Positions 1 through 11,649 of a DNA stretch of 64,000 bases are shown piece by piece. Each line of letters begins with the position of its first letter. Positions within the stretch are counted from its first letter, which is position 1. The position numbers and the translations under genes are program-made. The notes under the pieces were generated by a model. It was given only the letters and a program-made list of their open reading frames with translations. It searched no databases and was not told the origin of the DNA. The stretch comes from Eledone cirrhosa (Eukaryota): positions 81,592,001-81,656,000 of the forward strand of contig OZ024744.1 in NCBI GenBank assembly GCA_964016885.1, given 5' to 3'.

Positions 1-62
1 GCCATCTCTGGAGTTTGATTCCAAAGAAGGGAAATTGCATCTTCTTTTGGTGGGTCAGGAAT
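1..62 (-). CDS. MEA1: MEA1-like coding exon (continues beyond window start)
   Basis: The minus-strand acceptor ttttttttttcag ends at 63. The phase-0 exon reads IPDPPKEDAISLLWNQTPEMA. Joined to the upstream exon it gives EIEALPLS|IPDPP, resembling vertebrate MEA1 RIQALGLHLPDPP (recalled, not searched). Confidence 0.72.
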   Translation of the reverse strand, partial: MPDPPKEDAISLLWNQTPEM

Positions 63-611
63 CTGAAAAAAAAAATGGGCTTCTTTTAATGGCTACAAGA
101 TGTTGGGGACATTACATGGGTGAATATATTAACAACACAGCACAGAATGAGATTTGCACCAAGCAAAAAGGTTTGAAATCAACAAAAACAATAAATTTAC
201 CCAATATGGAGGGAAGAACACCGAGAGTGATTCAAAGCAACTTCTCCACACACAAACTCCTAGATTACTCTGTATCACCAAAGGCACTTTTTGTTTCTTT
301 TTGTTATGTTTTAGAAAAGTATATCTAGAGTAGGCCTATTTAGTCTCATTAATTTCACCACTTTTACCTACCTTTCATGAAGCACTCTAGAAAGCAGAAC
401 CTACCTCTCCGTTTCACATGGAACTTAGAATCCCGCTTTTTGGAACACTTCAAAAGGCATGCTTGCTGGGAACAGTAAGAACCCTCCGATACGTCCTGAA
501 TATCTGAGGCTGCAGGTAGTGGCTTGATATTCATTTCAACAAACTTTCCAGTTAACTAACATCAATGATTGAGACTCAAAGAACAATAATAATAATAATA
601 ATAATAATAAT

Positions 612-1235
612 GATTTCTTTATTAACCACAAGGGTTTACATAAAGTAGACATTAAGGACAGTGCAGGACAATGCAGGACGGTACAAATGGGCATTTCTGC
701 GTGTAAAAAACAAAAACAGAGGATGTAACAAAAATAACAATGAAAATAACAATGAAAAATTCCCCAATAATAATAATAATGCTTTCTTTATTAACCACAA
801 GGGTTTACATAAAGTAGACATTAAGGACAGTACAGGACGGTACAAATGGGCATTTCTGCATGTAAAAAACAAAAACAGAGGATGTAACAAAAAAATAACA
901 ATGAAAAATTCCCCAATAGGGGGAGATTTCCGAGGGACATTTGTGGAGAAAGCCCATTAAAAGGCCACAGTGATAATAATAATAATAGGGATTTCATTTA
1001 TTGGCCACAAGGGCCAACATGTAGGGGGACAATATAAAGACACGGACAGTGGGGTTTACAATAAGCTCAAGTAAAAGTGTACAATGGCAAGACCAATTTA
1101 ACAATGAAAATATAAAATAAACTACACATAAACATAACAAAATAAATTCCCCAATAGTGGGGGGTAGAAGTCCCAGGGGCGACTCAGGTACCCCACCAAT
1201 TCTGAACCACCTGACGCTTCTAGGGCACCCCAATA
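612..1235 (-). mobile_element. Three stacked 5'-truncated 3' ends of a Tx1/L1-type LINE within an (AAT)n tract
   Basis: Units begin at ~612, ~781 and ~990 with ttt(c)tttatt(aa/gg)ccacaaggg...aattccccaata. This is the reverse complement of the 3' UTR/polyA end (ctattgggga...ccttgtggctaataaagaaat) of the Tx1 element ending at 52056. Units are separated by (AAT)n. Confidence 0.7.
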
Positions 1236-1239
1236 GTAA

Positions 1240-1545
1240 TGGTTTCTGATTTTGGCACATTACCAACGATTTTGGGGAAGAGGAAAGTCAATTAAATCAA
1301 CTCCAGTGTGCTATTGACACTAAAGATGAAAAGCAAGGCTAACCTTGGTGTGATTTGAACTCAGAATGTAAAGAGCTGTAACTATATGCTGCAAAGTAAT
1401 AATAATAGTTTCTGATTTAGGCACAAGGCCAACAATTTTGAGGTTGGGGAAAGTCGATTAAATCAACCGCAGTGCATTACTGGTACTTTATTTTATCGAC
1501 ATAAAGCTAACCTTGGCGTGATTTGAACTCAGACGTAACTATATG
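1240..1545 (-). mobile_element. Two tandem MetaSINE-type tRNA-derived SINE copies
   Basis: Reverse complement of the family consensus seen at 25785 (gagttcaaat B-box; tcgataaaataaagtaccag; ggccttgtgcc tail). Confidence 0.7.
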
Positions 1546-1608
1546 TAGCAATAATAAAAATATAAAAATATATATGATTTTGTTGTCATTCTTTATCCAA
1601 TAGTAGTA

Positions 1609-4013
1609 TAACCCTTTAGCATAATTCTCTCACTTTTTTCTGTTGAAACTGACCATAGCTGGCTGCTCATACTGATGTTAAGGTACAGTCCTCAAAATAA
1701 ATAATATCACAATCTCATAAATTCAATATTATGTGAGATATTATGTAAGATAAAGCCTTTACTGTGAAAATCCAATAGTAAATATAGAGTAATCATCATC
1801 ATCATTTAATGTCTATCTTCCACGCTAGCATGGGTTTAGATGGGAATTGTCTCACTTGAGGCAATATTGGTCGTCTCGCACGTATGAGACTGTCTGGCAG
1901 GTTTTCTACGGCTGGATGCCCTTCCTAACACCAACCACGTTTACAGTGTGGACTGGGAGGTTTTTACTGTTACCTACACGGCCACATTACAGCGTGGACT
2001 GTGTTTTTTTTTGTCGTGGCACCTACACGACCTCATTTATTTAGGACTGGATGTTGTGGTACCAACATAACTTTACAGAGAAAGGGTGGTGTTGATAGGG
2101 GTGGGGGTGGGGAGTTGGGGGTAGTGGGTTGGGGGTGTATATTTGATTAAGAGGTGCCTACTGACTGTAGGTTTCGCTTTGTACTTAGGCAAGGCGGATT
2201 TTCTGTATTACTGCGTAGCGCCAAAGATCTCGGTCCAGAGACATTGTCTTAGAGAGGTGTCAGTGTGTAAGGTCGGAATTTATCAAATCGTCCCAGGTTT
2301 TTCTGAGTCTGCCTACTCCGTAACTTCCGCCAATTTTGATTGCTCTGCACTTTTTTATACAGCTGTCGTCTTTCATGTGCATCATGTGACCATACCAACA
2401 TAGTCTTCTCTCGAGTAAACAGCATCTGATCCCTCTTATACCTAATTTCTCACTTAGTTCGTTTATGCTTTGCTGTTCACGTATATTTCTATTATACATC
2501 CAGCGGAGCATGCATGCTTCGTTCCTCTGCACACAATGCCCATGTCTCACTGCCATGTAACATAGCTGTTCGTATGCAGGCATCATACAGTCTGCCTTTC
2601 ATTTTTAGAGAGAAACCTTTAGCGGCCAATAGTGGTATAAGCTCTCTGAACTTTTTCCATCCCGTTCTGACTCTGGCTACTGTACTTTCTGAGCACCCTC
2701 CACCACTGCTGATTTTGTCACCCAGGTAACGGAAGGTGTCCACTATTTCTATAGAGCCATCTGGGCAATAGAAGGAGCTAGTATCCTGTGGGCACTTGCT
2801 ACTTATTGCACCTGAGCACCGGCCACATATAAAGTCTACGTTCTTAGATAGCTTATCTGTGATCCCACTACATCTTTTATGCACCCATACTTTGCATTTG
2901 GAACATAAAATGGAATTTCTGCCTACTCCTTTCCTACACACTGAGCATGGCCATTTCCCAGAGGGGACCTGTGCCCTATTTTCCTTCCTAGGTACTAGAA
3001 CTTTAGTCTTAGACAAGTTAACTTTAAGGCCTTTTGATTCTAGGCCACGCTTCCATGTTTGGAATTTCTTCTCTAGTTCAGCCATCGATCCAGCTATGAG
3101 CGTTAGATCATCTGCATAGAGAAGTTCCCATGGGCAGCTGGTCTTGAACTCCTCTGTTATAGCCTGAAGGGCAATAATAAATAGGAGGGGGCTAAGGACA
3201 GAGACCTGATGAACACCAACTTTTACACTAAATTCTTCACTATATTCGTTGTTAATTCTAACCTTGTTGACTGTTTCTTTATACATAGCTTGTATAGCTT
3301 TCACAAGCCATTCATCAACCCCTGGTTTTCTAAGGGCCCACCAGATAATGGCGCGAGGGACTCTGTCAAATGCTTTTTGCAAGTCAACAAAAGTTAAGTA
3401 TAGGGGTTTACTTTTAGCTAGGTACTTTTCCTGTAGTTGTCGTACAAGGAAAAGGGCGCCTGTGGTACTTTTACCTGACACAAACCCAAACTGCATTTCA
3501 TCTAGATCAATTCGCTCTCTGATTAGTTGCGCTATAACTCTTTCTGTGACCTTCATGACCTGGTCAATTAATTTAATGCCTCTATAGTTTCCTCTATCTA
3601 GTGCATCTCCTTTACCCTTGTAGCAGTTAATGATGATGCTGCTACGCCAGTCATTTGGTATGACCCCGTTCTGTATGACTTGGTTTACTATCCGGGTGAC
3701 CATAGTGTGTCCCACCGTTCCAGATGCTTTCAGCATTTCAGCAACTATCTCCGAAGGCCCAGCTGCCTTGCCTATCTTCATATCTTTGATTGCCTTACTT
3801 ATACTACCTTTAACTTGCACTGCTGGTCCCTCTATTGGATTGATGTGGGGCAGACTATCTTTGTCCCATTTATTCTCCTCATTTAGTAGCCTCTCATAGT
3901 GACACTTCCAAGTTACCTTCTTATCAGCGTCAGTGATGGCAACTACACCATCATCATTATGGACACACTTCTCCCCGACAATATCACGGTTTTCCTTGAT
4001 GCTAAAGGGTTAA
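1609..4013. mobile_element. piggyBac-type MITE split by an RTE LINE insertion
   Basis: Left TIR (ta)accctttagcat at ~1609 and right TIR atgctaaagggTTAA at ~3999-4013. The body matches the sister copies at 4250 and 9651. Confidence 0.7.
1793..3999 (-). mobile_element. RTE-clade LINE, 5'-truncated (RT + PHD-like Cys/His finger, long 3' UTR, (ATG)n tail)
   Basis: ORF 2492-3820 has RT motifs NYRGIKL, QFGF, FVDLQKAFD and LLYADD, then WPCSVCRKGVGRNSILCSKCKVWVHKRC. A frameshifted C-terminus (RRLCWYGH) follows, and the (cat)n tail is at 1793. Confidence 0.92.
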
Positions 4014-4249
4014 TGATGCAATTCTAAGAAGTTGAAAAATGGCTTCAGATTGAATTAACACTAAGATTTGGAACTTCTGCAGAGAGCAAGGCCATGAGGA
4101 CTATGTTGCAGGTATGTTTTGTTGAGGAGCAATTTTTTTTAAATTCCATTTCAAAAACACTGCTTAATTGGAACCTTAAAAATATACTTCCCATTTTACA
4201 CAGGTTGTAATGGATAACTATGAACATTTTCAGTACTTTTGTCAATTTA

Positions 4250-4454
4250 TAACCCTTTAGCATTTAAACCGTCCAGAATTCTCTCACCTCCTGCTGTTCA
4301 AACTGGCCACTCATACTGATGTTAAGGTATTGTTCTCAAAATGAATAACATCAAAATCTCATAGATTTGATATTATGTGAGATAAAGCCTTTACCGTGAA
4401 AATACAATGGTATATATATAGAGTAATGCTAAATAGTAAATGCTAAACGGTTAA
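4250..4454. mobile_element. piggyBac-type MITE (uninterrupted copy)
   Basis: accctttagcatt ... aatgctaaacggTTAA; body similar to the 1609 and 9651 copies. Confidence 0.7.
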
Positions 4455-4619
4455 TCCTTTTGATACCAAGCAACATGAATCCAACCATGCTTCTAAATAT
4501 ATTCTACGCATCTATGATAAAACACTCTATGTTAGTGCCACTTCTATATATCGTCCTTTCACTAGTTCAGTTCACACTACATGCAAATGAACATCACCAG
4601 CCAATGTTTCATATGAAAT

Positions 4620-5770
4620 TATCATTTAGGTTTTTGCCTATTTCGTTTCAGTAGCCAGTAAATGCCACTGATGACCGATAAAAATCCAGAAATTGCTATC
4701 TGGTATTCTCACCACTACCCAGATAACAATGACATGATCTCAGTTTATAAAAAAAAAACCACACACAGTGAGACTCTTGTATGTTTTAGCAGTATCGGTA
4801 GAGCGTCAGACACCATGCTTTGCAGCATAGAGGACGCCGTGCTTTGCAACATAGAGTTATGACCCTTTACACGGTGAGTTCAAATCCTGCCGAGGCTAGC
4901 TTTGCCTTTCATCCTCACAGGGTTGATAAAATAAAGCACCCCCCTTTCCCCTTCAAGTTACCGGCCTTGTGCATATAGTAGAAACAATTATATATAAACA
5001 TATTGTGTATGCTTTCAAACACATATGACTAAACTATCCGTTTAAAAATGATTATATTTATATGTTGACAACTAAGGCATTCTCTGAGAGAAGAGGAGCT
5101 TGTATGATGATTGTGTGCAAAGTGAGATGTTACATGGTAGTGAAACATGGGCTGTGAATGCAGAGAATTTGCAAAGGCTGGAGAGAAATAAGCTGAACAT
5201 GCTCTGATGGATGCGTAACGTTAGTATAGTATGCTTGAACAATGTAGCATGGATAATCTGAGAGAAAACTAAGTGTAAGAAGAATCAGATGTAGTGTGCA
5301 AGTGAGAAGACTGCACTGGTATGGACATGACACATATGGATGATGATTGTTGGGTGAAAAAATGACAGCAGATCTCAATAGAAGGAAGCTGCAGAAGAGG
5401 AATACCGAGAAAAACCTGTACAGAAGTTGTGAGAGTGGATTTCAAAATGCTGAATCACCAGAAACAACAAAAGAACACAAGTGGAAGAAAGCTGTGTTGG
5501 AGAAAATCTATTCAACCCATGCAAGCATGGAAAAACAGGTGTATTGATGATGATGATGATGATGATGAATATTGATATCATTATATATATATCAATTATC
5601 ATATCTTTATCTATTTCTCATTATAGCTTTATCCATCAATATATCTTTATAGTCATATAAATCTGAGTAGTGGTGAAAATACCAGAGAGCTACTTCTGGA
5701 TTTTTATCTGTCATCAGTGGCATTTACTTACTTGCTACTGAGACAAAATAGGTTAAAACCTAAATGATAA
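4620..5770. mobile_element. Element bounded by ~100-bp inverted repeats, containing a MetaSINE (4790-4990) and an RTE 3' fragment (~5050-5565)
   Basis: 4620-4723 (atcatttagg...caccactacccagat) is the reverse complement of 5662-5770. The inner RTE piece is homologous to 14220-14710 and has a (gat)n tail. Confidence 0.6.
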
Positions 5771-6199
5771 AGAGAATTGGGTTAAATGTCTTGGTGTATT
5801 TGTTCCAGCTCACTTGATGGTGGAGGTTGGGTGGAAGGGATAGGACAGAACAGAACTAAGTGGCATTGGTGATACTAGATTTGAGTAAAGGTGTATTTGT
5901 ACAAAACATATTACATAATAAAAAAAGAGATGAAATATATATATCATCATCACCGTTTTATGTCCATTTTTCCACGCTAGCATGGGTTACATGAATTGTC
6001 CTGTTGTGAGCAATGCTAGGTCAGGTGACCATGTCTTGCTCATACAGAACTGATTTTGGTTTGGTTTCTACAGCTGGATGCCCATCCTAATGACACACAC
6101 ACATATATATATATATATACATATACAGGGTGTGTGGAAAGAAACTTCTTTCTTCTTTGCTCTTGCTCGGTGGGAGTGGGGTCATCCTAGGCCAGCAAT

Positions 6200-6690
6200 C
6201 TCAGAGGCATCATTGTACATAGAGCCAACCAGGTCCACCAGTGCCCTCCATCACTGGCATCTTCCAAGGTGACATCAAGCCTCTGGAGATCTTCCTTAAT
6301 CCCATCCAGCCATCAGGTGAGGGGTCTACCCTGGGGGCCTCTTCCAGCCTATAGCTGCTGTGTCAAATAAGAGTAAGGTCCTATTGAAAATTACTTATAA
6401 CTTTTGACCTACTGTGACCACTTGGGACAACATCAATTACCTCATATTCATGCAAGATGGAGCTCCTTCTCATTTTGCATGCACTGTTCATGAGTGGCTT
6501 GATGTCCAATTTCCAGGATGTTGAGTGTGTCAAGGTCCACATGAATAGCCAGCAAGAAGTTTATAGCTCAAAGCCAAAAACTGACTCAATTGGAGGAACA
6601 CATTCATCATGTACTGACCAACATACCACCTGGGTTCCAGATGATAAACACTGGTAGACAACACTGGTGCCTATGCAGAATTTTAACACT
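6200..6690 (-). mobile_element. Degenerate RTE-like LINE 3' fragment
   Basis: Minus strand gives the RPPGRP..WLDGIKEDL-type C-terminal motif, with stops. Confidence 0.5.
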
Positions 6691-6776
6691 CCACTGCACT
6701 TTTACTATTATACAACTCAAAACAAAACATGTTTTATGAAAATTGATCAATAATTAATAAAGTTATTGACAGGCAT

Positions 6777-7120
6777 GGAGGCACATGGCTTAGTGGTTAG
6801 AGCATTGGCCTTGCAATCGAAAGGTTGTGAGTTCAATTCTCAGACCGGGTGATGTGTTGTTTCCTTGAGCAAGACACTTTATTTCACATTGCTCCAGTTT
6901 ACTCAGCTGTAGAAATGAGATGATAGGGACTAGGGTCCCTATCATTCCACTGCAAAGTGGTCGTGGAGGTGCCACGGAAAAAAGCATCCAGCACTCACTG
7001 TAAATGAGGCTGGTGTTAGGAAGAGCATCCAGCTGTAGAAATCAAGCCAGAATCAGTTCTCATCCCACCCTTGCAAGCAGGGAAAAAGAGGACGCAAAAT
7101 AATGATGATGATGATGATGA
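6777..7120 (+). mobile_element. CORE-type tRNA-derived SINE with RTE-derived 3' tail
   Basis: A-box tggcttagtgg, B-box gagttcaattc and CORE-like tccttgagcaagacacttt...cagctgtagaaatg. The tail ccttgcaagcagggaaaa..gatgatg matches the RTE 3' end at 14660-14715. Confidence 0.75.
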
Positions 7121-7289
7121 TTGGCAATTTTAAAGTGGGAGTGGTGGTGATAGTTTTGGATGGCGGGTATTTTCACTATGATAGTTAGGCAGTAGTGTTG
7201 AATGGTACTGTCACAGTGAGAAGTGGTGTTGGTAGTGATGGTGTTGGGTAGGAGGGTTACTTAGGATTAGATCAGTGCCTAAAAAAATA

Positions 7290-8899
7290 CCATATATACT
7301 CATATATAAACCAAGAAATGTGACAAAAATTTCAATGGTAAAAAGGGGTGTTGGCTTATATTCTCAAGTCAATATTTGGACGATTTTCACCAGCTTCAAT
7401 TTCTATGTAAATAAGGTGCTAAAATATCTGGGGTGATTATTTTACACGGAAACACTGTTTTTCTACATATACTACATCGTCATGAGTGTCATTTATGCAT
7501 CTCCTTGAGAACATTCCAAACAAAGTTTTATAATTCGAATATTTTTAATACATAAATATCCTCTACACATACGCATACACATGTGTAGCAACTGTTTCTC
7601 TCTGTGACTTAATTATACTTTTTCTTTCAATCTTGTATTTTATTACTTCCGCTCACTCTTGCCTTCTCTGTTTCTCGCTCACACTTGCTGTCTCTCCCAC
7701 CCTCTTCTACTCTGAATCCTTATATAATGTTCCCTATTAATTATGTCCCCTTGCACATAGTTTCGATCTTCCCCTAGTGTTTTTAATGATCATCATAACA
7801 GTTAAAGAAAAACCTTTTTTTAATATAATACCTTAAACCCAAAATATATCTCTATGAGGTATAAGAGTGGACTAATAATAGAACTTTAGGGATTTTTTGC
7901 TAAAAAAAAACAAGCAAAATACTCCCATCATCTGAGTAGCCGAAAGTAAACAAAAATTCAAGAAACTTATTGAAACTTTATAAAACGGATGAAATAATAA
8001 AAAATCATTATGTAATGAAGTTGTGAAACAAAAACTATACTCTAAATCAAAGGTTCTCAACGGGGGGCATATGCACCCCCGGGGGGCGTTTCAGAACTCC
8101 ATGGGGGGGGGGGGGGGGGCGTTTGGAGCTGGGGGAGGGGGTTGGGGGGGGCGCTGAGTTTTTCCATTTTTTAGGATCTCAATTACCGGTTAACGTCTCA
8201 ATTACCGGACATGCCTGCACACCTGCTCACAGCTGTGGTCAGACTATAGTTATGCTGTCTGCAGCTGTGAAGGCATGTCCGGTAATTGAGACGTTAACCG
8301 GTAATTGAGATCCTAAAAATAGAAAAACCCACAGTCAACTGGGTCAAAGACACTTTGAGCGCAGAAAGTTAGAATCTTGTCTGAAATTATTGACTCAACC
8401 GTAACGAGTTAACACTATGTAGATCTATTTTATTCCCTATTGTATAAATAATATTACAAATAAAAAAAAGAAAAGAAAAAAACAGAAGCGAGTAGAACAC
8501 ACATCTAGGACCACATACAACACATAATCAGATAATACACACATGTTTGGAATATTGTTAATCAATTTTTTAGTAATCTACTGATATAAAAATCAGTAGT
8601 ATATTGAAAAAGTGAAAAAATAGGGGGGGGGGGGGCGTGTTTCGTGATTTCGAGGGACAAAAGGGGGCGTTTGGCCTAAATAGGTTGAGAACCTGTGCTC
8701 TAAATGACACTTAAAATATTTTAAAATATCAAAATATTAAGACTTCATAAATTTATCTCCCACTCATGAGAATTTCAAATCCATGCCATCTAAACCTAAT
8801 GTGTCGATTACTTGCCTTGGCTTATACATGAGGTTTGGATTTTTGCTGATTTCTCAGACATAAAATAGTGGGGGGTTGCTTATATTCAAGTATATATGG
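7290..8899. mobile_element. Tc1/pogo-type non-autonomous DNA transposon
   Basis: TA-flanked TIRs ccatatatact ... agtatatatgg, with internal cttata(t/c) subterminal repeats. Confidence 0.6.
8048..8697. mobile_element. hAT MITE nested in the Tc1/pogo element
   Basis: Perfect 8-bp TSD ctctaaat (8040-8047 and 8698-8705); TIRs caaaggttctcaac / gttgagaacctgtg. Confidence 0.85.
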
Positions 8900-9004
8900 T
8901 AAGTTTAAATATTAGCATTGTCAGCTCTACTTTCCTTCTTACAAGATTGATAAATTATGGCCAGCATCACTCTACTATAAAAAAAACTGTTTTCAAACCT
9001 TCTT

Positions 9005-9500
9005 TGTTAAGTTATGTTCCGAATACCAGCTTAATAAGAGAGTTAGTTATATTACTAAATACCTCCAAATTCTTGATTATTTTCAAAATTATTTGAAAAT
9101 CATAGATGGTGTCTTTTATTAGAAGTATGGTAAGGAAAAGGCTAAAGTGTTTATATTTATCTAAAAAAAAACCTTTTGTTATAATTTTATGAGAACCTTT
9201 AAGTTGTTTCAAATGGCATCTTAATACTAAAAAGTTAGTTATATCACTCAATCTCTCTAAATTCTTGAATAATTTCAAAATTATTTGGAAATCTTAGGAA
9301 ATGTCTTTCATTAGAAATATGTTTTTTTAATATTTATCTAGAAACATTCCATCGTAATTTTATATGAGAACCTTTAAGTTATGTTCCAAACAACATCTTA
9401 ATACTAAATTGTTAGTTATATTACTCAATCTCTCCAAATACTTGAATAATTTCAAAATTATTTGGAAATTATAGGAAGTGTCTTTCATTAGAAATATAGT
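9005..9500. repeat. Degenerate tandem repeat, ~175-190 bp x 3
   Basis: ttaagtt..ttcc/aaa...gttagttatat...aaattcttga..atttcaaaattattt recurs at ~9008, ~9199 and ~9374. Confidence 0.75.
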
Positions 9501-9650
9501 TTAATATAAAATCATCATCCCTGTTTTACATCTCTGTAATCCATGTTAGTATGTGACTGGACAGGTCAGCTGACTATGTCTTAATCATACATTCCAGTTT
9601 GGCATAGTTTCTACAGTTGGATGCCCTTCCTAACATCACAACAAAAGGAT

Positions 9651-10335
9651 TAACCCTTTAGCATTTAAACCAGCTGTATCCGGCCAGAATTCTCTCACCT
9701 CTTTCTGTTCAAACTGGCAACTCATACTTATGTTAAGGTATTGTTCTCAAAATAAATAGCATCAAAATCTCATAGATTTGATATTATGTGAGATAAAGAC
9801 TTTACCACAAAAATACAATAGTATATATCAGTGGTTGCCAACCAGTTATCTGAGAGAAAATTTTGGACATTATTTTCAATTTTTATGTTTTATTAATAAT
9901 ACAACAAAAATAATATTTGGTTAAAATATATTTTATAACACCCCTAAAAAATGTTTCTCCTCACTAAAGAACTAACATCCTTGAAAGAATTTTACACATA
10001 TGTATCATCTATTGCCACAAGTACGCTTCAGTATTGTTTAATAAAATGGAAGTTCTCTGATCATTGTCCCTTTACGATCTGAGTTCAAATCGCGCCGAGG
10101 TTTGACTTTGCCTTTCATCCTTACGGGGTCGATAAAATAAAGTACCAGTAATGCACTGGGTAATTGTTGGCCTTGTGCCTAAAGTAGAAACAATTATTTT
10201 ACAATTGTATTTCTTTTTAAAAAAATTCAAGTTAGTGGTCTGTGAGATTTAAAATTATTCATTTAGTGGTTTGTGAGGTCTGAAAGGTTGGTAACTGCTG
10301 GTTTATAAAGAGTAATGTAAATGCTAAAGGGTTAA
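9651..10335. mobile_element. piggyBac MITE containing a hAT MITE (9829-10300), which in turn contains a MetaSINE fragment (~10065-10197)
   Basis: TTAAccctttagcatt ... aatgctaaagggTTAA; inner TIRs cagtggttgccaacc / ggttggtaactgctg with a degenerate 8-bp TSD. Confidence 0.78.
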
Positions 10336-10368
10336 ATAAAAAAAAAATACTAATAGAATTTAACTTAC

Positions 10369-10683
10369 CGATAATGGCAATGCTTCTATTTCATCTATTC
10401 CTGCTGCACTGAAATTGGGAACAGGTTCATCAGAATTCATAGGTTGAGGTAGTTCTTCCATGTCATCGGAAATGTCTCGTGGATGCTGTGCCTCGAGGAT
10501 GTCGGGATCCTGTGGCAACAGCTCATATCCAGCGTACTCTCCATCCAATTCACTCTCAGGGTCACTTTCGGAGCTGGTAAGTGAAATAACAAAATCTGGA
10601 AGGTTCTCATCATTTTCTACATTGTTGCTGTCAGGATGGTCATCAATGGGCTTCTCACGGTCTTCTTTAGGAACCGGAGACAT
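10369..10683 (-). CDS. MEA1: MEA1-like first coding exon (male-enhanced antigen 1 family, acidic N-terminus)
   Basis: Acceptor ttcttcag at 10688-10689 lies 4 nt before the ATG. 105 codons (MSPVP...EYAGYELLPQDPD...EIEALPLS) are followed by a GTAAGT donor at 10368, phase 0. GYELLPQDP resembles the MEA1 GYxYQPLNQDP motif. Confidence 0.75.
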
Positions 10684-11649
10684 GGTTCTGAAGAATTAAA
10701 GCAATAATAGATTTTATAATTGCGTCTGATTATTCCACCATAAAAAATGGATGGGGGAAAAAAAGAAAAGAAAAAAAAAGGCACTTTTCCATATATAGGC
10801 ATATGCATGGATGTATAGTTAAGAACTTCACATCACAACAATGCAGTTTCAGGTTTAGTTTCACTGAATAGCAGCTTAGCCGAGTGTCTATTATAACTTC
10901 AGGCTGTCTAATGCCTTGTGAGTAAAACTTGGTGCACTGAAACTATGCAGAATCATACTGTATAATATAATATAACCATACTCTACTACCCCAAATATCG
11001 AGTTCTCTGTTGAGAAATGGTCTAACCAGTAAAAACCGAATCCACCCTGATTTATATAAATATATTAAAATAATGATGATGATGATGATATATATATAGT
11101 AATAAGATGCACACACAGATACTTAAGTATAAATAAATATGTATGTGGTGTCCTGCCATGACAAGTTTTGCTCAATGAGTGAAAGTATTAAAAAAATAAT
11201 CATTTAATCAGAACTACCTATAAAATTATAAATGTGAGGAAACTGCAGTAGGGACTTTGGAGAAAAAATAGGTATATTTTGTCTATTCTTTCCTCACATT
11301 CATAATTTTATATATATGTATATATATATATACAAATATAATATAAATTAGCGAGAATCGTATTTCGGCTATTGGAAATTAGTGAAAAACAACTTCCGAG
11401 ATGTGGCAAGCGCTCCATAGAAACTAGTGAACTAGAGCAACAACGTACGTTAAAAGGCTAAACACACTGAGACGATGGTTAAACCATTATCCGCAAAGCC
11501 ATAGAAACGACCAAGCTATTCGGGTCAAACAAATAATAAAATATGATTGAAAATTATACCCGGACCCCTGGAAATGGTGGCAAAATCCAATATGGGGTTT
11601 CATATATATATATATATATATATGATTATAAACCATATTTCTTTGCAGA

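Noticed and set aside
6777-6850. tRNA genes at SINE heads (also 25785, 33377 and 38490)
   Set aside because: The A/B boxes run directly into SINE bodies and there is no complete cloverleaf.
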